Source: Amphiscolops sp. MND2022 (taxonomy: Eukaryota). Taken from it: a DNA stretch of 64,000 bases. Under the pieces are notes generated by a model. That model ran no database searches. It was not told the origin of the DNA and saw only the letters and a program-made list of their open reading frames with translations. Numbering within the stretch: the first letter of the stretch is position 1; the number at the start of each line of letters is the position of its first letter. Positions 36,677-48,701 of the stretch are shown one piece after another. Position numbers and translations under genes: made by a program. The DNA is taken from NCBI GenBank assembly GCA_964187785.1, contig OZ076410.1, positions 51,708,001 through 51,772,000 of the forward strand. The letters run 5' to 3'.

Positions 36677-37450
36677 GGTCAGCATTCTTAAAGCAAATAG
36701 GTGCAGCTTCAATCCCGTCTAAATAGGCCCGTGACCTGATATTTCTGTCTCTAACTGTTTCGTCCGGGTACTCTGTGGCGACTGTATAGTCGGCCAGTGC
36801 GTCGAGAGCGACCTCGTCAAACGTCCTTCCGCACCAGTGGCAGTTCCCGGTGGCACGTGGGGCATCACTGGCTGTCCGGTTTTGTTGCCCGTGAATTGTC
36901 ATATTTCTGGGTAAGATAGGCCCCAGTCACTCCAGGGTTACTATGTACCCCTTGAAGATCCAGGTACAGTTGGCCAGTAGAGTTTTAGTAGTATCCAGCA
37001 TTGCTGAGATTGTCAGGGTGCTATATGTTGGTAACCCTGCTGGGCCAAAATTGGATCGCATCTTGAGAGACTAAGTTCGCCTCGTGCAAAAGTGTATTCG
37101 GGGCATTTTACTGGTCTCTAAGAGGTGTTTGTAAGATTCCTCTGCCATGATTATTAGGCTGTATTCAGTTAGATACCGGTACTTCCCGTGGAATTGTATA
37201 GGGGTTAATGGTTGAATCATAGTAGGACCATTCCTACTAGTAAAGTAGTGGCGTTTTTGGGGTTGTTGTCTGATGCTGGTGGTAATTATCTTATGAACCC
37301 TTCAGCACGGGTCCGGGGAACGGCTAATTTTGGTCTGCCGTATTTATTTCTCGCCTCTTTTGCAAAATTGGCGTTTAGTAGCAAATCATCCTATGTTGTA
37401 TCAACCGATACGTTTGGTGAATAATCGCAGAATGAAACCCTTCCACTTTA
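36633..37450 (-). pseudogene. E3 ORF3 remnant overlapping the 3' LTR
   Basis: ORF 36633-36902: GNCHWCG...NIRSRAYLDGIEAA...DLSQPR, homologous to E2 GCSDC...RIRKRDFLDGISAG. The upstream limit is uncertain. Confidence 0.6.
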
Positions 37451-38466
37451 TTTCAATTGATGTCGATTTTCCCAATTTTGGGGTACCGTAGACAATTCTC
37501 GATATAATCTTCTTTCTAGTTTACTGCTTTGCCGGTGTTTTGAAGGCGGTTGCCGGGTAGTGCTCCTATTTCTTCATTTAAATAGCTCCATAACAAGAGA
37601 TAATTCACCTTCTGATTTCTTTTCATGGTGACAATCACTTCAATTTTCATACTCCACAAGGTGTCAATGATGGAAATTATTTGTAAACAATTCATGAATG
37701 GAAACTTGAACGATAAATTTCGTCAGAAAGTAGGCTTATTTTTTTGGTTTTACATTTCTTTTTTTGGCGATATTGATATTACATGTGTTCTAACTAACAT
37801 CAAAAAAATGAAAACAATTTCGTGACTCGCAAGTTTCGAAATCGATTTTATCAGTCTTCCTAAATCATGTACATATTGCCTCATAATGCCTATTCCAGCA
37901 TTAAAATGTCAAATATTTGATGCATGATGGTCAGTTTACGATGAAGATGAAGCATGTAATCATATGGTGTTGATCTGTTTTAGGTCAATCTCAGTTAATT
38001 CTTTACTGCATGATGCATTCTGCTTCCGCAAATGACCTTAAGCTGCCATCAGAGGGCGGAGAATCATGTGCGTGTAATTTGTTTCAGCAATGCCGTTCAG
38101 GACAGCAACCTTTCTGGCAGTTTTTATTGGTCCGTAATTAGCTCATCCAATCAGCACACAGTATTTGCGCAAATATGTTAATTTGTCATGCTCGAAATCT
38201 GTTCAGCCGGAAGCCACGCCGCAACGTTGTTTGTTTTTGTGGTCGAAGTAATTCTGTCCAGTAATTTCCAAGTTCGTCGTAATTGCAACCAACTTGCTGC
38301 GCATTTTCTTGTTTTTTTTTCCGCAAATTCGTATCTTTTTATGTTTTAGTCAATTCTTTTATTCTTGTAGCTCTGTTTTTCATGCATAAATACATAAATC
38401 ACAACACTCCATTACTACCCCTCTAGTTTTCATTGTTGATTACTCCCATTCTTTCTAATTTCAATC

Positions 38467-40900
38467 ATGGGCAAACCTGGACCATCAGCAATCCGCCGCA
38501 AGCAGGGTGCTCCTGTCTTTTACCCAGCCACGCAGCCAGCGGAGTCACGAGCCAACGAAGTTGATACAACGAATGGTGAGCTTGAATTCAATTCTTTTCT
38601 GACACAGTCGGACGATATGTTGTTTTTTGAGACGTCTCAATTTTTTATTACAAGTTGGCCAGACTGACAATTATGTTGACTATCTTAAGATCTGTCAACT
38701 TCCGGTTTCGAATTTTGAGCGGAAATATCAATTTCTTGTTGCTGGTTTAGGCACAATTTCCAAATTTTGTTTCCGATTCTTCCCCAGCTAAGCCAACGCG
38801 CATTGAAACAGGCTCTGTGATATCTAAAGTGGCCGTTGCAGTTCCGAAGCTTCTCTGTGAACTCAATCCTAAATTCAGTCTTGACAACTTGCCTCCAGAA
38901 TACACGGGTTTTATTGGATGACGATTTCGATCAATATGTTGAGACTTCAGGTTCTCCGAAAGAAAACGTCACAAAATCTGACAATTCTTCTGTAAAGCAG
39001 CCTACGAATACTACTAACCTCTATCTCGATGATGCACCTATTGACGGGTTGCAACCTACTACATCATCACGCAAACTTCTGGACAAAGTTGCCATTGTAT
39101 TACCATTGGAGTTGATTTCTAACTTTGTCAGTTTTCTCGATCTAGAAAGGATCACCGTTCTCCCGCCTCCTCACCAGCGGCAATCCCCGCAAGAAGAGGT
39201 CGTTAGAGAGGAAATCAGCGGACCCCGATTGTTCTACTGATCGAGGTGATCCGATCAACTCCCCCAGCACACCCAAAGACACTGGAGACACCAGACTAGA
39301 AAGGCTTCTAACGGAGGCATCAGAACAAGCAAGTGCTAGGTTACAACGAGCATGCTTCAGTGTCACTTCTGGGACTCCACCTTATTCCGCTGCCATCTCC
39401 GAAGCCATGGGAGATACTGGAAAAACGTTTCCCTACTCAAAAAGGTTACACCAGCTCAAGAAGAAGAAGATTATTCAAATTCTTCTGATTCAAAAATGAA
39501 ATTGAATCGGATTTCTCTTCAAGTGAAGAAAAAGATCGAAAGGAAAAACCAATAAAGCGACAGAAGAAAGAGAACAAAAGTGCCCTCACTGGAAAACGTG
39601 CAGAAGCACGTCACACTTTGTCAGGCTGGTTGTACCATAAATACCCAGTCATCAAATTTTTAGCTACTGCTTTTTCTGGTGCAGTCCGATACCCCACATG
39701 TATCACTGCAGAGTGTTTTTGTAGAACTCTCTCTGAAGACCAAGGGGCCATTAGAAATCCTTCAACTCTAGCGCTCAGTTGCTCATTTGTTTAAAGAGCA
39801 CCGAATCAGAATGGAGACGCCTGCGCTACCTTTGGTCGACGAACACTGCAACAAACTGACTAGAATGCCGCTCAAGTACGCAAAGGACAGTGCTAGGAGA
39901 GAGTATCCCATAGCGAAGTTGGGGAAATTGGACAACGGGAAGAACCTGGAGGGACATCAGTGAGTTTACCGAACAAAGAAGTGCAATCCCAGCTCAATTT
40001 AGTCAAGTTTGGTCTAGTTTACGGGGGCCATTTAGACACCATCATCGCTTTATAGCACGATATCTTCCGAGAGAACAAGACAATTGAGCCGATATCCCAG
40101 TATGTCTGGAGACCTCATCGCGTTCTTCTAAGTTAATTCTTCTTTGTAAGTGTTTTTCTTTTGTTCGCCATAATTGTTAGTCGCTTGTTGCAGAGACTCT
40201 TGACGCACATGTTCCGGGAAGCGCTGTCTTAGTGCAAAACTTCAGGTGAGGCCAGTGGCAATCACTCTCTTCGCTTGGCTTCACTTCCGAGTGAGACGAG
40301 ACTTTTCATCAGTTCCTGATCCAGAAATTCCCTTCACAGCATGTGTCTTGCCACTTTCCCGGGGAGGATGTGTACCCCATCTGAGCTAATACCATCCATC
40401 AGCAGTTTCCTCGCTTTGCTGGACAAAGACGCTCAACTCCCATTTGTGTCAGGCTTCACCCAGCGTTTTATTTGGACGGTGTCCCAGGTGTTGCCGCAAC
40501 ACAGAAGTGTCTGTCAAGTCCGCAAGTTCGACGAAGAGGATCTAGAGGAAGCCCTTCTGGTACCAACAGTCCAAAACCCTGAGAGACTTGATATCTGGGG
40601 AGTTCTGGTTTTTCTGATGGTACGATAATGGTCGGTTTGCGCTAATTTATGGCTAACAGCCTTGCCTTGCCCAGACTTTCAAAAGGTAAGTTCATCACTT
40701 CATTCCGTGTTTTCCATTAGTCATTTTGTTCAACTTTATTTTATAATCAGACCAAGTCAGTCCGATTCAAATTTTTCTGGATTTTCTATAGTCCGTTTTG
40801 ATGGTTTTATCAACTTCAGGTTTTATGCAGATCAAACTTCAAATCCGCAATATCATATTCGATCTTTGCTTCTGAATGCTTTTCTTTCTTTTGGCGTGTG
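38467..40900 (+). pseudogene. E3 antisense gene remnant (antisense to E3 pol)
   Basis: Low-complexity N-terminal ORFs 38467-39555. Frameshifted finger YHCRV-x-FVELSLKTKGPLEILQL*RSVAHLFKEHRIR (~39710-39815), then YGGHLDTIIAL*HDIF...YVWRP and MCLATFP, which align with the E1 protein. Confidence 0.78.
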
Positions 40901-41899
40901 ATTGCATTGTAGCGCATTGCAATTTCGTTTTCTTTTTCTTTTAAACCTAAAAATACTCATTATGCAACATAAGGCTTGCAGCATAATCCAGCATTTTTAG
41001 TCTTCTCAACCCATTTTATTTCTTCTAATTTCAGCTGTGACTCAATGTTACACAATACAATAAGCAATTAGATATGTTGTGACGTAACACGATTCGATTT
41101 TCGTTGAATTACGCACGTTCAAATTTAGTCAGCGACTTTTCCAGTCATGTATGCGTCATCTTTGACCACGTGACAACCCGCTCGTTCGATTTCATTATGA
41201 AAATTATTCATTATCAGTTTGCTTTAGAGCGTCCCTAACTTCGATTAGGATCTGGTTCGAGCAGTAGAGATTCTGGATTATCTGATTTCGAATTAGGATA
41301 AAATTGTGAGCCATTTGCGTAACAGCAGAAGAATCCCCGCCATCAGATTCCATATACAAGAGGTTTATATTTTCGATTATCTTTTCCTACGCTTCCTGAT
41401 CAATATGTATTGGGATGGATGACTTAATCATCAAGGATCGCGTGTTTGTTGGGCGCTTCTTCATCACCCGTAACATTCTTAGCCAGCGTTAGTTTCCTTT
41501 TCCCTAATTGTTTAATGTTCAATTCTTTTCCTTTAGCGGTTTTTGTATCTCGTCAGTGGTGTTTTGTCAGTGTTTGCTTGTTTGCTAGACTTTTAGATTC
41601 ATTTCTGTTTTTTGTTTCAAAAAAGTGCGTGCCAGTGTCTCTTCTGGTGTCAGTATCTAAATGAATATGAGAAATTGCAGTTTGGGTTAGGTCTTAAATT
41701 GTATTTTTCATCACGTTTATTTGTGGGTAGTTTTTCTCTTTGAATCTCAACAACATCCTCTGATAATGTTGTTACTTGACTTTCATCTGTATTGTTTGGG
41801 GAATTTTCTGCATCCATATTAGGAGTAGGCGGTAAATCTTGTTGATCGTCATTTATATTATTTTCATTATCTGCACTTTCTATAGGAGGTTTCCTATTT

Positions 41900-44800
41900 G
41901 GCGCAGTAGTTTGTTCTACCGTGGTCCCACAATTTTTTTTGCAATTTCGAGGGAGGGAGGGTGCGTGATTTATGGAAACAAATTCTTGTACATCATCTTG
42001 TTCATGATCGGGGAGTTCTATATCAAATGGGTTTGTACCAAAGTTTGTGTCCCAAGTGTGGGCGTACAGATCGTCACTGCTATGTTATCGTCTTTTTGCC
42101 AGTCTGTTTCTCTGACAAAGTTATCTGCTGGCGGTGCGCTAGGTGTGAATTTCCGAAAACGTACTCTGTGTAATAGTTGTGTTTTGTTGGTCCCCAGTCT
42201 GCGTACAATGTAATCATTGTTAGGCAATACTTTTTCAACTTTGTAGGGGCCAACCCATCTAAATTCTGGATGGGGAATTTTTGTTACTTGTGTGTCTGCT
42301 TCCGGGTTCAGTATGTAGAAATAGTCCGTTGTTGTTAACCGTGATGCTTTTGTTTGCGGTCATAGTATGCTTTGTATTTTAAGTATGACTGCTTGATGTT
42401 CTTATTAGTTTGATCATTCAATAGCGTCATTCTGCGTTTTACTTCCTCTGCAGTGTCGGATTGCGGAGTATCTCTTGGGTTTGGGTTATCCCCTAGCTTG
42501 TATTGTTCTAGTATGTTATTTGGTATTCTGCCGTGGAATACCCGAGTCGGTTCGCATAGCAAACTTGCATGGTGTCTTAAGTTATGATTGAGAACAGCCT
42601 GGGGCAGAGAATTGTGACAATTATGGTGAAAATCTCCGGTTGCTGCTTTCAACTGTGTTTTTACTATAGCATGAATGCTTTCTAGCAAACCAATTGTCTG
42701 CGCATGTTTTGTTGATGCATGTTTTAATTCAACTCCGAGTACTGTGGCTACTTCTCGTGTAACTTGTGAAACAAATTGGGTGCCCATGTCAGTTATTATT
42801 GTTTTTGGCAAATACGAATGTTTGCACAGTATGTCCATAAAATCTCCGAAACTGCAGGAGATTCGGTTTGTTGAATATGCAAATAAAGATCTTCAAAAGA
42901 CATCAATTGTTGTTATTATGTTGTCAAAACCTCCACTAGGTGGTAGATTAGGTAAAATGTCTCTTTTAGGTATGTTTTTTGGACAAAGGGCCCTTTCAGG
43001 GCAATTGAGAAGTTCGGTTATAAATAAATATTTTATGGGTAATAAATATTTTTGTCGAGCTTCTTGGATCTACTTCTTTATGATGATTTGCATTGAGCCC
43101 ATAAAATGCATGTAACAATTCATGTAGGAATTGTTTTGGAAGTAGAATTTGATAATGGGAAATTTGCCCAATACCATTGTTGAATTTTCGAGCTAGAATG
43201 TCTTGTCGAATTTAAGGATAAGGCATATTTTGTTGATAGTAATGAAATCGATTGTCTTCGGTGAATGGTGATTCATCAAACGGTTCTCCTTCAATCGTGG
43301 CTCTTCGGTTTCGAAGAAATGAATCAATGTTTTGTTCTAGTCGGATTTTTGCAGTGGTGTGACGGAAATGTCCTTCTCGATAGTTTACTGTACCCACTGT
43401 GGGTTTGTGGAAATGGTGTAGTTCCGTGACTTAATTTTCAAGTTCGTTGTGCGTTTTTGTTTGTGCTTGATGACGAAAAGTATCGTTTTGATTCCAATGG
43501 GTTTTTTCGTCAGTTTCGTCACCGTGGAGGAAGTAAAATTGTTCCTCTTCCGTTATGCCTGAGGACTGTATATTAACTTCGATAGCTTTTGTTTGTATAT
43601 CCTTTCTGAGGTGCATTTCAAGTTTTTCTGTTGGATTAACTTCTGTGCGTGATAAGAAACCAGCCGCTGTATTCATTGCTCCTGCCACATGTGCTATGAC
43701 GATGTTATACTGCAATACGTATTCACATGCATTCCATAGTGCGGGTGTATTTGTTTGGTCTGAAAACCGGTTGTCAGTGAAGAGAATTACTGGAAAGGTA
43801 CTACCACACATTAGGTGTCCAAATTCAGAAAAAAAAACTAAGAAAATGGTTAAAAACTCTTTCGCGTGGATAGACATTTTCAACTGTGTGGGGTTGGAGG
43901 TTTTTGAACCAAAAATTTTTGGCGCATACGTCTTTTGTTTTGATTGTAGTTTTTGTTGAGAATCATCTTCAATCATGATTGCATATCCTGCTGCCGTAAA
44001 GCTTGCGTCTGACATGAGGATTAATTGTTTGTCTTTGACTGGCTGTTTCAGTGTCATTTGGCACGACTGCAAAAGCAGTTTCTTGAGTTGTTCAAAATTT
44101 GCTGTGAGGTCGGTTGGGATGTATAATTTGTTGGTTTCTTTGAGTTTGAGTCATTCTGAGAGTCGTGGTATATAAGTTCTGTAATAGTTCAGAAGTCCAA
44201 TGTATCTTTATAGTTCTTTTTTTAATTTTTGAAACTTTGAGTTTATCCAAGAAATTTTTATTCGTCAACTTGTTGATGTTCTGCCAGGAAATCTACCAGT
44301 TTTTGACATTTTGACATTGACAATTCCAGTCCTGCATTTCTTATGCATTCCAAGGCTGCTTTGATGTTGACGCACAGTTGTGTGACAGTGTTCGCTGCGA
44401 TTCTGATGTCATCGACATATTTTGCACATTGGTCAGTTTTTATCAGTGTGTTTAAATATTCTCTCATGAAACTTGAGAATGCTGATAGTGATCGGCTTAG
44501 GCCTTGGACTAATTGTCGGAATGTGAAAGTTCGACTAGCAGAATTAAAGGCCAGCATTTGGATTGTTTGGTAGTCTGCCATTTGTAGACAATGGTAAGCT
44601 TGAGAGCAATCAAGCTCACAAAAAAATTTTCACTGCCATATATTGGGCAGCGTCAGATAGTGTACTGACCGTATGGTTGTTGTTGACGTAATCTGTGGTT
44701 ATTAAATTGTTGATTTTCCTCAGATCTACCAAGAGTAGCAACTTGCCATAAGACATTCTTTGTGCCACGATTGGACTCCCATGTTTCGAAATTGGTAAAG

Positions 44801-47732
44801 TGGTTAATATTCCATACTTGGGAAGTAGGGCAAATTTCACTGTGATATCGTCTTTTAGGTTTATAAAAGTTGAGAGACTCTGGCTGTATGCTGGTCGATC
44901 GTCGTTCGATATGAGTCTGACTCTGAACTCTCAATTTGTTCCAATGTCAAACCTCGGTCTTGCAAAAATATCAAGAATTTCAATGATATTTTTTCCAACG
45001 TTTTCGCGTTCGAAAGGAGTGAGCGTAGTGTGACTCCAATCAAAATGGTCAAAGAATTGTTTTCGTGATTTCTCGTCGTCATGTGGATTGAGTTTTTTTA
45101 AATGTTTTTAGTTCCAATAATTCAAGGTATTTCGTTTTTGTATTGGTGTATAAATTCTCGTGTCACCTGGGTGTTCAGATGTCGGGAACCAGTTTTACTC
45201 CGCTTTGTTATTTTTGTCATTAATTTTGAGAAGTTTCATGAAGTATACATCTGTAACTTCAATATGTTGATGCATAATGATAGTTGGTATTGAAGGACTA
45301 ACAAGTTATATATACTTGAGTTGTTCGGAGGTTGGGACACGAAAAAAACCTGTTGTCGTGTAAGGTAGTTCTGAGAAATTACCGATTTGGTATCCTATTG
45401 CAATATTAATGACTGTGCTGAGTGAGGAAACCAAACAAAGTGGATTGTGTTCTTCGAGGTGTTCAGAAGGCGTTACATTGCCTGTTGCATCATGATCAAT
45501 TAGATGTGGCATTCGGCTTGCAATGGATCACGTTTCACCTAGTTGTAGTGTGTATGTTGCCTCTGCAAGTAATGGGGTTGTTGGTCGTGTTTGGAGTTTG
45601 TGTTCAGGTTTCAATTGCATCGACAAATTTGGGAATGTTAAAACTCCTTGTCGAAGGTCAAAAATAGCATTGTTTCTTTTCAGAACACAACGTCCAATTA
45701 GAGGATTGGGAAGGACTTTCAATATGATAAAGTTATCTTTGAACATGAAATCTGCCACTGGGAAATAATACACAAGATGTCACTATTCAAAGTGAGGTTT
45801 ATTTGATAGTAGAAAGACAGATGTGTCCGTTTCTTTATTGATTGTAAGATGATTTTGTATTTCATCATCTATGGGGGGTAATGTTTGTAGTGTTTGTGTT
45901 GATGCAGGGTCGTTTGGTATTGCGGGTGTGTTTTGTGTTTGTAGAGGTTCGATGTCTTTTACTGGAAGAGGTTCTGATAACGTTTGTGGTGATTGTTCCG
46001 TTTCATTTTCATACAGATTATTGAGGTTTCCCTGTTTGTCATTATCAGGAGTTCCTGTTATGTATCTTTCAGGGGCATTTTGGAAAAAAGCATACAAATT
46101 ATCCTCTGACTCATTGTGTTGGATCTTGTGGGTCTGTAAATCGGTGTGTTGGGTGAATGTATCAAGTTTCGTAGGCTGAGGGGTTGGACGCTGGCAGTCA
46201 TCATCTCCTCGGGTTTTATGATGCGTAGCTGTATTTGTTTATATCCTTCAATGATGAAGGTTGAGCTGTGGGTGCTTTTAGATTTATATGTTTTTAGGAA
46301 TTTTCATAGCTCTTAATGGTTTTTTTTGTGTTTCCGTGAGTGTCCACTTGATAGGACGATTTTCCATGCTTGCTCCGAAAGAGCATGTTGGTTCGTTGTG
46401 TCCTGGTGCGTTACAATGCGTACATCGGGCGGCGTTCGTGTCTTCTTCCATCTTGCGGCGTTTGGCCAATTTCGGCAATCGCTCGCTTTGTGACCCATAT
46501 TTTTACAGTAACGGCATTGGTTGTCGTGAAGTGTGATATTGGGCAGTGTTTTTGGTGCTTGGTGTTTTTTTTGGAAGTTCCGACTTCTAGGTGGGCTTGA
46601 TTTATAAATTTTCTCAAATGTGATGGCTTTTTCGCGTATAAAAGACTTTCTATCATTTCTGATGCTATGTCACCAAAAACATTTTGTGCCTTCTTGTAAT
46701 TCCTCAAGGAAATCTGGTAGTTTTTTGTTTTCCGGGTCGAACGTCAATCGATGAAATCTTTGTTTCGCAGATGCGCTAGATTCGGGCTTAACATATTTCT
46801 GACGATAAACTACCAAAACGTCTTTCAAGGGTAGTTGCGGGCATTCGTTGGATGTTTTAAACGTTTTCAATGCCAAATCTCTCAGATGTGCGTAGAATTG
46901 ATTGATTTTCATTTCCTATGTTAGGTAGGGTTGCATTCGGAAAGTGGTATGAAAAAGATCTTCGAAGAATTCGAATTTTTCATTTTTTTCCAAATTCCCG
47001 TCAAACGTGAGTGTGTTTTTTGGGTGGACAAATGATGGTTGGGAGTTACATTTCGCAAATTTCTCAATTGCCGAAGCTATTTGGCTCACTGGAAAATGGG
47101 GGATGTTTATTGGTTCAGCATTTTGTGCATTTTGTAAAACTGTTGTGTTGTTTGAGTCTTCACGATGAAATGGTTTAGTAGCGCAGCTTTCATTCATGAA
47201 AATAGTATCATCTAAGTCGAGAATTTGGATGGAAATCGATTGAATTAGAGTTCTAAGTTCGTTTGTTTCTGATGGCTTAAAAACATTATCCTGCATTCTG
47301 TTTTTTTTTGATTTTCGGTTTCAGATTCCACCGTCTATTCCACCGTCATTGCTGTTAATGTTTGAGCGTTTTTTATCTCGATGTGGTTTATCCATTATCT
47401 TTTCCACTGGGAATTGATTGTGTTCTTCTACTGTTTGTTACTTCTCTCAACACCTTTTCTAACTTTTCGTTCATCTCTTTCTTTAGTTCTGCCATTTCTT
47501 TGTTCGTTTTATCCGTTACTTTTTGTGTCCACACTTGCATTTCGATTTCATTATGTGTAGAATCATTTAAAACAGCTTCTCTGCCCCTAACTGAACGAGA
47601 ATTATCAAAGTTTCTAAGAGTTTCAATCATAGTCTCATTACCTTGCGATGCCTCTGCTTCTGAAGCTCTTAGGTATTTCTCAAGTGAGGGTGATTGTCTT
47701 CGTGTGGATCTCCTATTTCTTTTCTTAGCCAT
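41900..47732 (-). pseudogene. E3 gag-pol pseudogene
   Basis: Gag (TFDGNLEKNEKFEFFEDLF; knuckle CTHCNAPGHNEPTC), protease C-terminus (DLRQGVLTFPNLSMQLK), RT (KYVDDIRIAA), RNase H (MSDASFTAAGY), integrase (TDMGTQF, QTIGLLES, WVGPY ~42250). Confidence 0.92.
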
Positions 47733-48696
47733 CTTAGGTAGTTTAAAATAATATTTGTTGGAGAGAAGAATTTCCATTAAGTCGGATGATGAAATGAAAT
47801 AGAGTTGGAAACAAAGTTCAGAAAGTTCTACATATCAAATTACTAGGATAAAACAGACATCGTGATGAGATAAACTGCAAAAGTTTTTTCCAAAGAGGTA
47901 AAAAAAAAGTAGGTTTGATCAGTTTGGAAGTTTTTTCAGGAATGGCTTTTTTGGGGGTTTTCTGACTCTCGGGGTCTGAACTTATCGGGGTCTTTTTTTA
48001 GCAACATGACTTTCACTTTTCAGAAAATCGTTATAACATCATATTTACGGAACTTCTGAAAAAACTGCCCCTTGTTTAAATGGACTTAAAACTAGGTTCT
48101 TACATGACATCATTTCTTCGATTAGAATTATGCATGACGTGATCAACTGCCTTCTGATTGACTACAGCAATTGCTGTAATGTTAACAAAGCGTTAGTAAA
48201 AGTGGATGTTTAGTACAGTGTGACTCGTTGTTTTTATATATCGTTATATGCTGAATGCATTAGGAAGAACACATATAAGCCATTCTGACAAGAGGTAACG
48301 TCGGGAGTATAAAAGGAAAGAACCTATCCTGCTTTATACTGCAAGCTCAATGCAGCAATCAGATTGAATAGTTAAGTTCAATATGCATTTTGCTCGTACA
48401 AAGGAGAGTATAATGTATTCGTTTCACTGATAAATGATCGAAGTAGCATCATGTATTAGGTGATTGTTTAACTTATATCGTGTGTTTGTTTTAACACTGC
48501 TTATCATTGAAGAAGGGGTTTACTAATTATAAACAACAAACAAGTTGCAACAATGCTGGTGTTAAAATATTACAAACAAAATTACACGACTTAAGTTTGG
48601 AAAGACAATGAGTTTTTACTAAATTTCTGCTGGCGGAGTGAAATATTTGCCTTTAGTGTTGTTTTCCGGGCCCAACGCAAGCTCTAGGCTGAGACA
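47166..48696 (-). repeat. E3 5' LTR
   Basis: Partner of 35193-36676. The inner boundary is approximate. Confidence 0.85.
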
Positions 48697-48701
48697 GACG
48701 G

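Larger units (their letters stand above)
35193..48696 (-). mobile_element. Full-length degenerate Ty3/Gypsy element E3 (13.5 kb) nested in E2
   Basis: LTRs 35193-36676 and ~47166-48696, both starting TGTC(G/T)CAGCC on the minus strand. 5-bp TSD GTCGG (35188-35192) / GACGG (48697-48701). Removing it restores the host reading frame. Confidence 0.9.
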
